Assembly: GCA_000165425.1 (NCBI GenBank) | Contig: CT868021.1 | Location: 1 to 64,000 of the forward strand | Reading direction: 5' to 3' | Origin: Paramecium tetraurelia | Taxonomy: Eukaryota | DNA length: 64,000 bases | Shown: positions 14,711 to 27,790 of the stretch, piece after piece | How the letters are laid out: every line of letters starts with the position of its first letter | Numbering within the stretch: the first letter of the stretch is position 1 | The notes under the pieces: model-generated | Told to the model about the DNA's origin: nothing | Seen by the model: the letters and a program-made list of their open reading frames with translations, nothing else | The model's database searches: none | Made by a program: the position numbers and the translations under genes

Positions 14711-15666
14711 TGAAATAAATCGACATGATTAGAATTATTATATATAAAATAATAGATATTTCTATTGAATTATCATTTTTACATTTATATAGCAATTGTC
14801 TATAGAAATTTATAGGTGTATATTTTATTTAAACTTACTAACTAATAAATAATTGCAAATATATTGAAAGTAACCTTTTCATTAAATACTACCATTACGA
14901 ATACATTAAGAATAAAGATCAATTAACATCATAAATTAAATGGATACCATTGCAGCCAAATTTCTCAATTTTCTTCACATAAATTAATGCAATGTGTAAA
15001 TATATCTTGCTTTGACTAGATGGAATAGATTTTGGATTGTTAACTAAATCAATTAATTTGGTTAGACATTTTCTTTTCTTCAATATTAAAAATTGACTAT
15101 ATCAAAATGAAATATATATTTATTCAATAAAACAGAATAAATATAAAAATTTATCCCCTATCATGAGCTAAATTAAAATTCTTTTTGATTTAAGCTATAT
15201 ATATTAATTAAATACTTAGTCATGAATTTTATAATATTCTATAGAATTATCACTTCAAATATATTTCCACTTAAGAGGATTGACGATTTATTAAAGTGTC
15301 TCGATTAGATATTTAAACTATCGAAAAGTTGAATTTCTAAAATCTAAGGCATTATTTGTAACAAAAAAGTAAGGGTGCTCACTTTGAAGTAAAGTATCAA
15401 AAATAGGGAACCTTATTGTAATCAATGTATATGATTATTATTTAATGCGATCTCTTTAACAGAGTTACAATCAATCAGCTTTGAGAACCGAATAGATTAA
15501 AGATGGCTCAAAATTTTATTTCACTTAATTCAGCGGAGTTAAAAATATTATTTTATTCTGTTAAGTAGAGATTTTTAAATTTATATTAATAGGAAATCAT
15601 TTATTTTAACTAATAAATGTAAATAAATGTAAATACTATTTGTTTTATTTTTTTAATTTAATATAC

Positions 15667-16887
15667 TCAACTCTTCTTTAAGGCTTACTCACATTTATCT
15701 GCAATGAATTAATATATGTACTTTTTCTCATTTTAATAAATTGATCAACTGGAGAGATTTTTAAAGCTTACTCAAAGCAATTTAAAGCCTCAACAAAGTT
15801 CTATTTTTCTTGTAAGCACACACCTTTATAAGTTGATTATATAACTTTAAATTACCTTTGGATTAAAGTGAAAAGTAATCCTTTGGCTAGATTTAAAGAG
15901 CTTGATTCAACCATTTTAAAGATTCATCATATTTACCAAGCTCTCTTAGACAATCACCTAATTGATAAGGAAACTGCTGTTACCTTTACCATATAAAGAG
16001 TCCAAATGTTTTGGATTAATGGATAATGCTTAATCATACAGGATTATGGCTTCATTGAATTATCCAAGTCCTCTTAAGCAATCACCTTATAATTTTAAGG
16101 ATTTATTTACCTTTAGATGAGAGTGAGTTCAAATGCTTTGAATCCACTGATATGGCTTAATTATAAAAATTCAAAGCTTCCTTTAAATTGTTTTTCATTA
16201 TTAAACATTCACCTATTTTTAAACTATGAATTACCTTTACACCATAATGAATCTCTATTGTTTGGATTCAATTTCAATGTCTAATCAATTACTTAAATGG
16301 CATCATCGAATTTTTGATTATTAAATAAGGCAAAACCTAAATTAATTCAACAACCTACCCTTATTGAATAAATTCGTAGATGACTTCTCGTCATCTTTGC
16401 TGACTTCAGAAAAATTCACAGTCTTTATTAATAATTCCTATTTTAATTTGTCGATTTTCAACTTGTATTCATTTGATAAATCCGTGATAATCTTTGAGAT
16501 AGATATTTTATAATCAGCAAGAGAAATCATTTAACCAATTGCTTAATTCAGTTAATTAGAATCTATCTTCAAAAGTCTTTCCTTTGAGATGTGATATTTG
16601 TTTTTAATTTCATTTTTCAATTTTAAGTATGAGTCCAAAACAAGATCACCTTATTTGCTGATCGATTCACATAGACTATCACATTACTTATTATTATTAT
16701 CAATAAAATTGACTAATTAGTTCAATCCTTGAACATCTTTCATGTGTTGTTAATGGAGTCCTTTTTTAAGACATTAATTGCAAATCAATCTTAAGTCTGT
16801 GCACTATTTATTCAAACAAACCTATTAGATGAATTGAGTATGGTTTTCAATTAAACATTTAATATCTGGGATTTCGACTTCTATCAT
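15667..16887 (-). CDS. TPR protein with N-terminal Cys/His zinc-binding motif and coiled coil
   Basis: MIEVEIPDIKCLIENHTQFIQQVCLNKQCTDLRLICNQCLKKGLHQQH; five tiny introns; 102-nt TPR exons at 16235-16336, 16111-16212, 15984-16085 and 15856-15957; TGA at 15667. Confidence 0.88.
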
Positions 16888-17202
16888 TTTAAAATAATAC
16901 TTATTTATAATTTTTTGCACTAGGAATTTCAAAAGAAACAATTCAATTTTCATTGAAATTAAACTTTCTTAGTTTTTTTAAGAAAAGACTTATGAAAATC
17001 CAAAAAATTTTGAATCAATGGTTGGCTTTATAAGAGTTAATTTAATCATTTTAGTCGAATTTTTAAATTTATAGAAGAAGTGAGAAGTAAAAATTTTATA
17101 AAATAATTTAAAGCAAGATTGTGATTGATAGTATCACCTAAAAAGCAAAAAAACGCAATATTATTTGAAGTAAAAAATGATTTAAATTATATTTTTCTGA
17201 TA

Positions 17203-18258
17203 TCATAATTTCTTAATTTTTGCAATAAACATACCACCTGTATTTGATACTTTTGGATCGAATCTAATCGTGTTAAAAATTTTGCCCGATTTACATTATT
17301 ATTAGTTCATACTATAAAATGGATTAACTAAAATGGCGTCATTATTTAATTCTAAAAACTTGATTATTTAATCTTCATTTTGCTTTTAAGAAAAGGAGCA
17401 TGTGCTATAAATTAACATTCCATTTTATTTAAGAAGTCTATATCCATTCTCTAATAAAGAAAATTATAAGTCATAGATTTATTATAATTTCTTTTAATCC
17501 AAAAATCTGCTGTTAAAATCCTCCTCAGTCCATTCATTTGCTTTTGTTTGTTCAGTTGTGTAGGTGTTAGTGTAATTTTTTTACAATTGTTTTTTAGAGG
17601 CCTTGTTATTTTTCTATTGCTTTTTCGTATTTTTTTCTTGAATGGGTTTATTTATGTATTTTTTTAAATGTTTTATACTACCCTCATGTGTGCATTCAGC
17701 GTCAATCAAAACTTTATCAAATAGTATTTCGCTTTTATATTTTGTTCCATCTTCTAATATCAATTCAACAAATTTTTCTAATTTATATTTATTAACTATT
17801 GATTGAGTAATATTTAATCTATTTTATGAGATGTCAACTCCAAATACCTTTCTTTAAATTCCATCTTCTTTCGTTTAGAGTCTCAATAAATCTGCTATAA
17901 AAGTTAATTTAGCTCCTGGCGCACAACAAATCTCCAATAAATTAGTGTCATTTTTATTGATGTCCAATGAATAAACCACTGCAGCACTTGATTTATCAAT
18001 TCCATATAAGTTTCCATCCTTATACAATTAGAGATTACTGATTTTTTCATCTGCGGGAAGAGAGTATAATGTTGGGATTTCATAAATAGGTAGTATTTAA
18101 TTTGACACTTGTTGTTAAAGTTATTCAAAAGTAATCTAATAATCAGGCTTTATTCGAATATAACGAAGGGTTTACTCAAACAAAAAGATTTCTTCGTCGA
18201 TTCCTTCCTCTTAAAGAAATTCCCTAAACTGTGGTGATAATTTATTTAAAATATTCAT
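17203..18258 (-). CDS. RsmB/NOP2/NSUN-family RNA m5C methyltransferase (351 aa, intronless)
   Basis: Motifs LEICCAPGAKL, FDKVLIDAECTHEGS, YSTCSFSQKQNE and C-terminal GGMFIAKI; 1056 nt in code 6. Confidence 0.9.
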
Positions 18259-18268
18259 AATAATAAAA

Positions 18269-19485
18269 ATGTAAAAGACCACTATAAAAATGATAAAATA
18301 AATAAATTTCTAAGCCTTAGGCCATGGCAATTCATCTTACTATCAAGAAATTGATGAATAGTATTAGTTCTTAAGTCAAATGAATATAGCTATTGCAGGA
18401 AGCTCAATAATAAATTATTGGTTAACTCTGTTTGAACATTTTATCATTCAAAGAATTTATCCTGATTTCAGTACTACCACAATAAATATTGATTGTGCTT
18501 ATTTTTAAAAGTTGATTAGAACTTCATTTTTATTTACAATTAATTAAAAGAATGTACCTAAATAAAACAAAAATAAATAATTGGCAAACATGATTAACTT
18601 AGAAATTTTGGAATTAATTCCTAGTTTCTGCAATTAAGAAGTTTCATCCAATTTTAGCTTCAATTAATATTTTTATTAGTAATTGATTTTTGATAAAATC
18701 TCTAAGAACTAAATCTATCTCTGATATGTTAGATAAATACCCAATTCAAAAATAATTCCATTATTAATAATCTACTATTATTTATTATTCTAACCATTTA
18801 AGAAATTAACTTGGATAACAAAATCAGATCAATAGAAAATAATTTGTATAGTTGAAGTAAATTCAATATTTGAGGATCAAATTTTTTCATTCAAATTGTC
18901 TGCATTAGTAAATAGTCAGTCAAATTCCTACCAAGGAAGAATAATTTAATTTTACATTTTTTAAATAAAATGAATTAAAATTCAACTTAAGTGCCAATTC
19001 TAAAACATCTTATTTAGATTCGAAGATCAGTCATCCAAAATTTCAAATCAAAAGAGAGATGTCGATTTCATATGTTAGAATTGCTTTTACTAATTGAGAA
19101 TGTAGAAAAGGAGTTCAGAGGAGTTGTGTATAATGAAGAATTTATATTATCAATAATGAAAAACTTGACTTAGATAGATTCGGATGAATTAATGATTGAA
19201 ATTCTGAGGTAATCCCTTCCTTATTGGAATGTCACCATTTAGATGATGTTTGTGAAACATACTTTGACAATTCTTTCTGTAATTTGCAAAACTCAAAATA
19301 TTCAACTTCGAGTGGCCATACTCTAATTTGTTATGGATGTGAATATTAAGAGTTACGAGCCAGCTTTTAGATTGGCTATCAAGGATGGGATATTAAAAAT
19401 TATACTGCAAATTTTAAAATCTCCCAAGGAAGTTAAGGAACTTGCTTTGATTGCCTTGGATAGTTTTAAATATTAATATAAATGA
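18269..19485 (+). CDS. Hypothetical protein, helical/ARM-like C-terminus
   Basis: Open in code 6 after removing introns ~18361-18390 and 18679-18706; start 18269 or in-frame 18290; TGA 19483-19485; no recognised motif. Confidence 0.6.
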
Positions 19486-19532
19486 AATAATTTGTTAACC
19501 CAGTTTTTCAACCTCTAGATCATTCCATATCA

Positions 19533-22051
19533 ATGAGTCATCGTAGAACTGAATACATACCCAAGATTCCTCAACCAACAATTGGACAGGAGTTGCCATG
19601 TGATTTTGAAAAAATATTTTCATCAGAAACAGACATTTCATCTCGGCTGAATGATAGCATGATATAACCATTTGATAATAGGAATTTCTACATTGATTAA
19701 TCTCCTGCTTACAGAGGAACCACAGAGAGCTAATTCCACAATAATACGCTCACTCTAACACAAGTAGTTGACTAGAAAAAATATAATTAAGAAATCATCA
19801 AGTATTCTGATGATGATAGTTTAATTAATTCTTCGTTTTTTGGTGTCCTAAATTAGGATGCTTTCTAAAAACCATTATAACAGATGGATTCAATTTACAG
19901 AAAACTTGAAGAACCAAGTTAATTTAATCATAATACCAAAAATGCCCAAACACTTTGTGATGAAGAATTAAGAGCCGAATTGTAAGATCAAGTTTAAGAT
20001 CTCCACATTAATAATAAATTTATTTCTCCTACACTTTATTAACCATTTAGTTAACCGATACAAGATAGTTCCAATAGAATTAATAATTTCAACAATACCA
20101 ACAAGTACTCAACCATACAAACTTATGAAAATAAACCTATTGATGCATACAAACCATATGATTAAAATTTAAGATAATAATCCAATTTACAGTAGCCAAG
20201 TTAGTATACTTTACAGGGTAACGAACAAATAAAGTACAATTCAACCTCATATAACAATAATTATCCAACATCTGTTGAAACTAATATGATCATTTAAAAT
20301 ACACCTCCAAGAAGTAGGTTCGTATCCCCAACCTTATAGAAATAAATAGAATAAAAATAGTATTCTGAAATTAAATAAAACACTTATAACAATTCCAAAA
20401 CAGAAAAATTAAGAATTAACAGTCCTGACTAATTTGAAACCATAAAAATTACTGAAATTGTCAACGTTGAAAACTCATAAAATTAATCTCTAACATCACC
20501 CTCGCCTTCTGCACCAGTCTTGCCACTAAGGCATTCAAGCTTTATTAATAAAAATTCTGAACCTTTAGCCAATAAAAAAAATTCAGATGTTTATTACTCC
20601 TAAATGGTCTAACCTATGACAAATCAAAAAGTATTACAAAGAACTATTGTAAATAAAGGTTAAGATAATAATGAATATGTATTAGATGCTCAATTATAAT
20701 AATACTCTAGAAAAATTCAGTCTCCGCACAAAAATAACATTATTTTAGACTAATAATCTGAATTATAAAGTAATCGTACTTCTTAACAACAGATTATTAT
20801 TCCTTAACCTCAAAAATAAATCTATTCAGTTTAATCTCCTACTTAATTACCTCAATCACCAAAATTAATAACGAAACAACAAGAAAGGTTGGATCAAAAG
20901 GAATTGTTTTTATAAGCAGAGAAAGCAATAAAATTTTAAAGAACTCAACCTAAAGCTATTCTACCTGAATGGTAAAAATAATCAAATTAAAAGGATACTA
21001 AACAAACACAACAAACAAATCAAACATTCTCAAAGAATAATGGCAATAAATAAGATGATTTACAAGTATTATGCGTAATATGTGAAGATCTTATCCCTTT
21101 TGAGGATGTAGATTCCCATTCTATTAGATGCTTAGCAAAATCTAAGCAATAAGCAAAAACTCAAACTGCTCATACTTTAATTCTGAATTTGAATCACAAA
21201 TTGGAACAATTAAAATAGAATATCATTATATAATCTAAGTAGTTAGGAGATGATTTGGTGAATAGCGAGGAGATAATTGGTTGCATTACAAAAATCATCT
21301 AATGTTCTTATAATTATAAGAAACTCAAGTAATATAATGAATTATTGGGTTAACAATATCAAAAGTACTAATAAAACTTCGATCAAAAACGATTTATTAT
21401 GATCCTTACATTGTAAAGGGTCTTAGCAGTGTCATAAGAGAAACAGTTAAAATTATAATTCGTTGAAGAAAGCTAAAATAATTAAATGGAAGATGAAAGT
21501 TTTTTATATAATGAACTTAATAGATTAAATAAATAGGTCGAAATAGAAAAAGCGTAACATAAATAATATTATTTAGTAATTTAGAACAAGCCAAATTAGA
21601 ATAAGAATTGTTTAAGAAAATTTAAAAGGAAGACCTTGAAAATATGAAGTATTTGAGAGCATAATATTTGGAATAAAACGTAGATAATGAAGTGCTTTCT
21701 TAAATAAACTCGGAATGGGATGTAAGGAATCCTGAGACAAAAACCAACAGAATCTCTAATAGTATTGTATCGGATATTTAATACTAAAGGGATTTTGATG
21801 GGATGGCAGTTCGAAAAGAGGGAAGCAGTCCAACAATAATTTAAAATGAGGTTACACAATTGAATATTATTTAGGATTAAAAAAAAGCATTTTATTAGTT
21901 AGCCGTCTAGATAAAATTAAATCTACCTCATAATCATCCAGGAAAAAACTTATTACTTTAGGATGCCTATGAGAAGGCTGTAAATTTAAAAGTACCAAAG
22001 GTTGGATGGGAGATGTTTATTATTGAAGAAATTAGAAATATCTAATAATGA
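19533..22051 (+). CDS. Q/N-rich low-complexity protein with a CCHC (UBZ-like) zinc finger and coiled coil
   Basis: MSHRRTEYIPKIPQP...; CVICEDLIPFEDVDSHSIRC at 21072-21131; one intron near 21851-21874; C-terminal FYQLAVQIKLNLPHNHPGKNLLLQDAYEKAVNLKVPKVGWEMFI; TGA 22049-22051. Confidence 0.75.
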
Positions 22052-22328
22052 TAACGTTTAATATATACTTATTGTATTGTTATTTGAGATTATGTTGTTT
22101 TCATTTTGATAATTTGTATTTATAAACTAATCATAAATGCTAAACAATAAGAACCGAAATTTTAATATAGAAATTATTATTAAGTGAAATATGAACAACA
22201 ACATTAATCTATATGTTTTTTTAGATTATTATTCTAAAGTGATATAGAAATGAATTTATGGATAGAATTTCAATTTTTGATAGTGTATTATTAATAAAAT
22301 AAAACAGGGGATTGCAAATAAAATCATT

Positions 22329-23490
22329 TCAAACATAGTTGTTGAGGTTGCTACGATGATAATATGCTTTATTTATTTTCCATAACTTATAGTGGCTAGT
22401 GAATTTCCAATTGTAATAAAATTAGATAATGTCTTATGCATTTTTTGTTTTAATCTATGTCAATAAAAGAGAAATATTACTAGATGTGATAAGAATTCGT
22501 ATTATTTGCCATATCTACATAATCCACATTCAAAAATGGCAATTTCTTTTGTGGTCCACGTTTCTATGAGATAAAATGGATAGAATACCGAATGGAAAAT
22601 CGTTCCTTAAGGGAGAAATAAGTATATCTAGGACATCTTGCTGTAAAAGAGAGTAAACATTCTAGCTGTTTGGCTACTATTATTCTATTTGTTCTTGATT
22701 AGGAGAATCGTTATCAAGAATTTTCTTCTTTCTGCCTGGTTTCTTTTCCTTTTATACTTATAAAAAATACTTGCTTAATGTCCCTTTTGCTATCAATCAA
22801 AACCTTTTCTTTCATAAATTCAGCTAATTTCTGATCACTCTTGTAATACAATTAGACCACAACACTTAGGAGACTTTCAAACGCATTTACCCACAATGGT
22901 TAAGTTCCTTTTTGGCGATACTGTCCTCCTTGTGGTAATTTCTTGGTGAAAATAAGTGGAGTGATTGAGTTTGGTGGTAAAAACTTACTAAGTAAAATAT
23001 TATGAAAAAATAAATGATGAATATAAGGAAATAGTGTTTTGGAGAGTGATGAAAAAGTACTTACTCTAATAAAACTTCGTCTATCAAGGCATCCGAATTG
23101 GCTTTCTTTTTATATTACTTTATTGTCTCTGTTGGAAGCTCCAAATATCCGGTGCTAAAATAATAATAAATATGCAATAATCTAATATAAAGAATAAGGG
23201 AAACTGTATTCACAGCAATCAAAATAAAATATAAAGATAGTTACATACATATGTGAGCCTTATCGAGCAAGATGCTTAATTTGTTATATCACTTATTTTT
23301 GTTATTCTGTGACTATTTGCTATTTGTATTGCAATTTGGTGGCTAAATTAATGCTGATTCTGTTACAAGTCTTATCTCCATTCTCTCCTAATTTTATCAC
23401 TTTGCGTATGCCCAAATCAATTCCATTATTGTCTTCGAAATATGCGCTATTATTTTAATTTTCCTACTATTCATCATGTTAATTCTTCAT
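22329..23490 (-). CDS. SANT/Myb-domain protein
   Basis: C-terminal ETWTTKEIAIFECGLCRYGKQYEFLSHLIKTKNAQDIIQFYYNWK is a SANT repeat; 3 tiny introns plus two long intron-like segments; 5' structure uncertain. Confidence 0.75.
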
Positions 23491-23572
23491 TGTTAGCTAC
23501 TAACTTAATATTATCAAATCCAGAACCTATTTATTCGATGAAGAAATGCTTATTGAAAATAATTATTTGTTT

Positions 23573-24577
23573 CATAAATAATTCTTTGCCCTTATATTGA
23601 TAAGCCTAAAAACAATCAATCCATCCAAATCTTATTCATTCTCCACTTATTTCTTGAGCCAATTCTCATACTTTAATTCATATATGCATTTATTTATCTT
23701 TTTAATTTTCCAAACCATCATTGTGAGTAATTTCATATCAATCCCTTTTCATCGATCCCAATCAATTTCATTAACTGTTGACTTCTTGTGAACAACACCC
23801 TTAAGTCTGTCTCACCTTTCCAAAACCATAAAACAGCAAAATCAGTTCATCAACTCACTTCAAAGTGAATACGCCATGTTTCACTCTTTTGATACATAAT
23901 GAATGTATATTGAAGATCTCAATCATTCTGAAGATAATAATTTAGTATTCTTCAAGAGAAGAGTCCAAACCAATATAAAATGATAGATCTTAATATTATG
24001 TGAAAATGGGAAAATTCTTATTTGGATTATTTAAACACACTCAAGCATCTTATTTATGCTCTTATCAATTCAAATTTTGTATTACAACACCTCTATACAC
24101 TAATTAATAAGTTAAATTAATTTAAAATATATATCACTTTTCATATAAACCAAATGCAGAAATCTTTCATTAGACAAACATTTTCTAATAAGACTTCTTT
24201 GAACTTTTGAAACTGCCACAATATTAAAATCATTCCTTGAAATCTCTCAAAATCTAAGCAAAAAAATAACAAGATTTTATAAGCGTCATCAACTTAAATT
24301 AATATAATTGTATGAGCCTTCAAATTTCGAGTTCATACTTTTCTATCCAAAGTTGAATCAAAAGAAAAAATAAAATCATTTAAACAGTCTATTCTTGTGC
24401 ATCTTCTTTCTTTTTCGAGCTACGTCCTATCAACTAGGTTTTTTTATTAGCAAGTCTGTTGAATTTCATGATATTTTTCATACAAACACTGATCATCATA
24501 ACCTTAAAATTTGTCTTTTAGATAAACTGACTATTATAAAGTTTTTCTCTTTGCAATTTTTACAATTTAAGTCATTT
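23573..24577 (-). pseudogene. Degenerate hypothetical gene
   Basis: Protein-like 5' (MTQIVKIAKRKTLQQSVYLKDKF) and 3' (MKLIGIDEKGIDMKLLTMMVWKIKK...NYL*) segments, but internal TGA stops that I could not resolve with tiny introns. Confidence 0.35.
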
Positions 24578-26036
24578 GATCTGAGTTTGGCAAGTGAAAT
24601 ATCAATCTTGTGATAGAGCAGATTTAACAATAAATTTAATAAAAAAAGTAAATATAGACATAATATTATTATGTCTATATTTATTATGATTATATTCAAA
24701 ACAAATTATTGATATTTGCACTAATACAATCTCTATCTTTAGCATCATAAATTTGTACTAATTTAAATATTTTCATTCTTGAAAATATTTTGCCCTATCA
24801 AATTCAACTAAAATCATTTGAGCCTTAAACTATTTATATGTGAAAAAGGGCAACTTTAGATTATATCTATATTCAAGTGTTAAATATTGATTTATTTTGC
24901 TCTTTTTAGAGTTTTGAAGTCACTAGTATGATTAAAATCAATGATTATTGCTAAAGTACTTTCGAATTCGTAAATAGAGTTAAAATTTATTGTAAAAGAG
25001 AATTGTTATTTCTATAACTATGTAAAAAAATGAATATAGATAGAAAACACTGACACAAAGTTTTGTCACTAGTAAAAAATAAATGTTTGAATAGGGCATT
25101 TAGATTTTAGCATTTCTCATTAAATGAGACAAATCATTCACCATACAAATATCAGAGTTCTTATTGAAAATTAAACAATTAAGTCAGTATTCATTGTTCT
25201 TAATTCACTTTTTGATTAAGAGATATCTAAAAATTCGACAAAGCATAAAATTTCCCCCAACAAGCAGGCTATGGAAGTCTAAGATACAAATAAATATTAT
25301 TTCGTCTTATTTTTCCGAAATAACAGATGAATATTATTAATGTATTTAGATTGCTTTTTAAAATCTATTGACTAATATAATGATTATTGAATCTATAATA
25401 GGTTTATAAATTCATATATAAAAATAAAATATATTATTTCAATTAGAGAATAACAATCATCAAAAGCTTTAGAAATTAATAATCACCTTTCAATTATTTT
25501 AATTAAATGTATGAAAAAATTCAATCTAAGTTAGATCAAACTCCAATTTTATCTCTTAAACTAATTAATGATAAGTGACATGATATTTCCAAATATGATG
25601 AAATAAGAGTTTAACCATAAGGATAATTGTTGTTTCATATTTCAAAGAGTATTTTTAATACTCCTGGATGAATAATAGTAATAAGATTTCTGTGTCTCAA
25701 TACACCATTTTTATTAGAAATTCTAGGAAAAGTTCTCTATTTGAAATATTAAATAGCTTTTATAGCTTATTAGAATTACAAAACATCTCTAAACTTAGTG
25801 TGTTAAAGATTTGCTTCATACTTCATTGTTGAAATTAAAGAGGATGTATTTTTAGATCATAATTTCTGATTGAGCAATAAATCATTCAGAACAATTTTAT
25901 TCAAGGATAAAGGAGATATGTAAAACATGATTTATATGAGAGAAGAAAGCATAATGGATTCAAATATGAAATATATATTTTTTTTCTAACAATTAATTAA
26001 ATTTCATAAATTAAGTAAAATCTAAAACTTTATTCG

Positions 26037-26763
26037 ATGAAAAGCTCTATGGAACAATTCGATGCTCTAGATGAATTAGCAGATTTTCCAGAAGAATTAA
26101 ATGTCAAAGCTATTTTATAGAAGGTTAAGGCATTTTTAGTCGTGAAACAGCTAAAAGAAGATAGTTCGCCAAATTTGGTCATACCAAATCTATATATAGG
26201 GTGTTTAGGAACAGTATTAAATAAAAAAAAACTATGTGAATGTATTTAGATGTATAAATTAAAGTTTAAATAACCCACATACTTAGTGTGTGTGAGATGC
26301 CGATATTTCCGTACTAAACAGAAGATTTTAAATCTCTTCTCATTAATATCAACGATAGCGTAGATTAGGAAATCAAGTCAAAGTTCGAAATGGCTAATGA
26401 TTTCATTCATTCAGCTATCCAAAAAAATTCAAACGTACTAATTCATTGGTATTTTTACATATTAATTAAAGTTTTGCTGGTAAATCTAGATCTGCTTCCT
26501 TCGTTATAGCTTATTTAATTAAATATCAACAAATGACTCCACTATAAGCCCTCAAACTCCTTCAATCAAAGCGAAGAATAGCCCAACCTAATATGGGCTT
26601 TATGAAATAGCTTGATGCTTATCATAAAGAACTCTATAGACAGCCACAGATACAAAATGAATAAAAAGAAGTCGAAGTCTCTCCAGTAGAAAAAAAAGTC
26701 AAATTAAATCAAGAAGAAGAAGAAATTTAATAATAAGGAGATAAATAGCTACTAAATTCATGA
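26037..26763 (+). CDS. Dual-specificity protein phosphatase
   Basis: PNLVIPNLYIG, ITHILSVC, VLIHC|FAGKSRSASFVIAYL, AQPNMGFMKQL; two tiny introns; TGA 26761-26763. Confidence 0.92.
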
Positions 26764-27790
26764 TTATTATTCACAGAATACTTATTTTTCATACAAGAAC
26801 CTTTATTTTTTACTGATTGAATTATAATTTTAATTCTATAAAATTAACTTTCGAATATAACTAGGTGAACCATTAAACGTAGATAAAAGAAAAATACTAG
26901 AATCTATAATTCTTCTCTGATTATTGTATCATTATTTTACGAAATATGGACAATCAAATACTTATAATAATTTAAAAATAATTCATTATGTTTTTAATTT
27001 TTAAGCATTTAAAAAGTCTTCATATCTTCAAAAATTGAAAAGAGTGTTAGGGATATATTATTTTAGTATTGACTGCATATTAAACTTTGAATAAGTAAGA
27101 AAAATAATGTTTTAATATACTGTAATTTTATAAAGAATTAGGAAGTATTTAATGTTCAATTTTTATCCTTTATAGTAAATTTGATGTAAGTCTAAATTCT
27201 TGACATATTAAGATTTATCTTCAAACCTTTATTAAAATTACTTGCAAATTTTAAGAATTGGCTTGATATCTTTTAGTTTTGAAACATATTTAGGATGGGC
27301 AATATTGAAAAGTGTTACTTTGTAATTTAAAAATAAGACTAGAGTTAATGGAATTGCATTGAATAATAATTCCTTTTAAATTGAAATTTTAGCAATTTTT
27401 CCTGTATGACATTCAACTTGATCGTTTTAATCTATTCATGAAATTTTAAAAATAATTGATTATTAAGTTTAGTATTTATTATATCTTTTGCATTTATTGT
27501 TAGGAAATTATGTAATTGTCATTTGCTGAAATATATTTTATCTTTTAGATTATTCGATTTTATTTAATATTAATTGTAAAAATTAATGAGTCAAAAAGTA
27601 TGTGTTTAAAAGCTATATTGGAGATTCCAAATTCTTATAATTCATTAAAGTTATTAAATATTTTGATTTACAATAATAAGATTAATGTTGATTTGTTTAG
27701 AGATTCATGAAGATTTGTAATAGTTTAAACATTAAACATCAAATCAAAAAAAAGTGATTGATAGAAATAATTATGTCTTATGATTATAAA

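Noticed and set aside
23010..23056. Two C-box-like RTGATGA motifs within the long intron
   Set aside because: Antisense to the host gene and no D box (CTGA) nearby, so no snoRNA call.
24700..26030. Gene-free AT-rich tract with faint coding-like patches (similar tracts at 26800-27760, 50000-50900, 58830-59200)
   Set aside because: No open frame or motif found; probably eroded duplicates or intergenic DNA.
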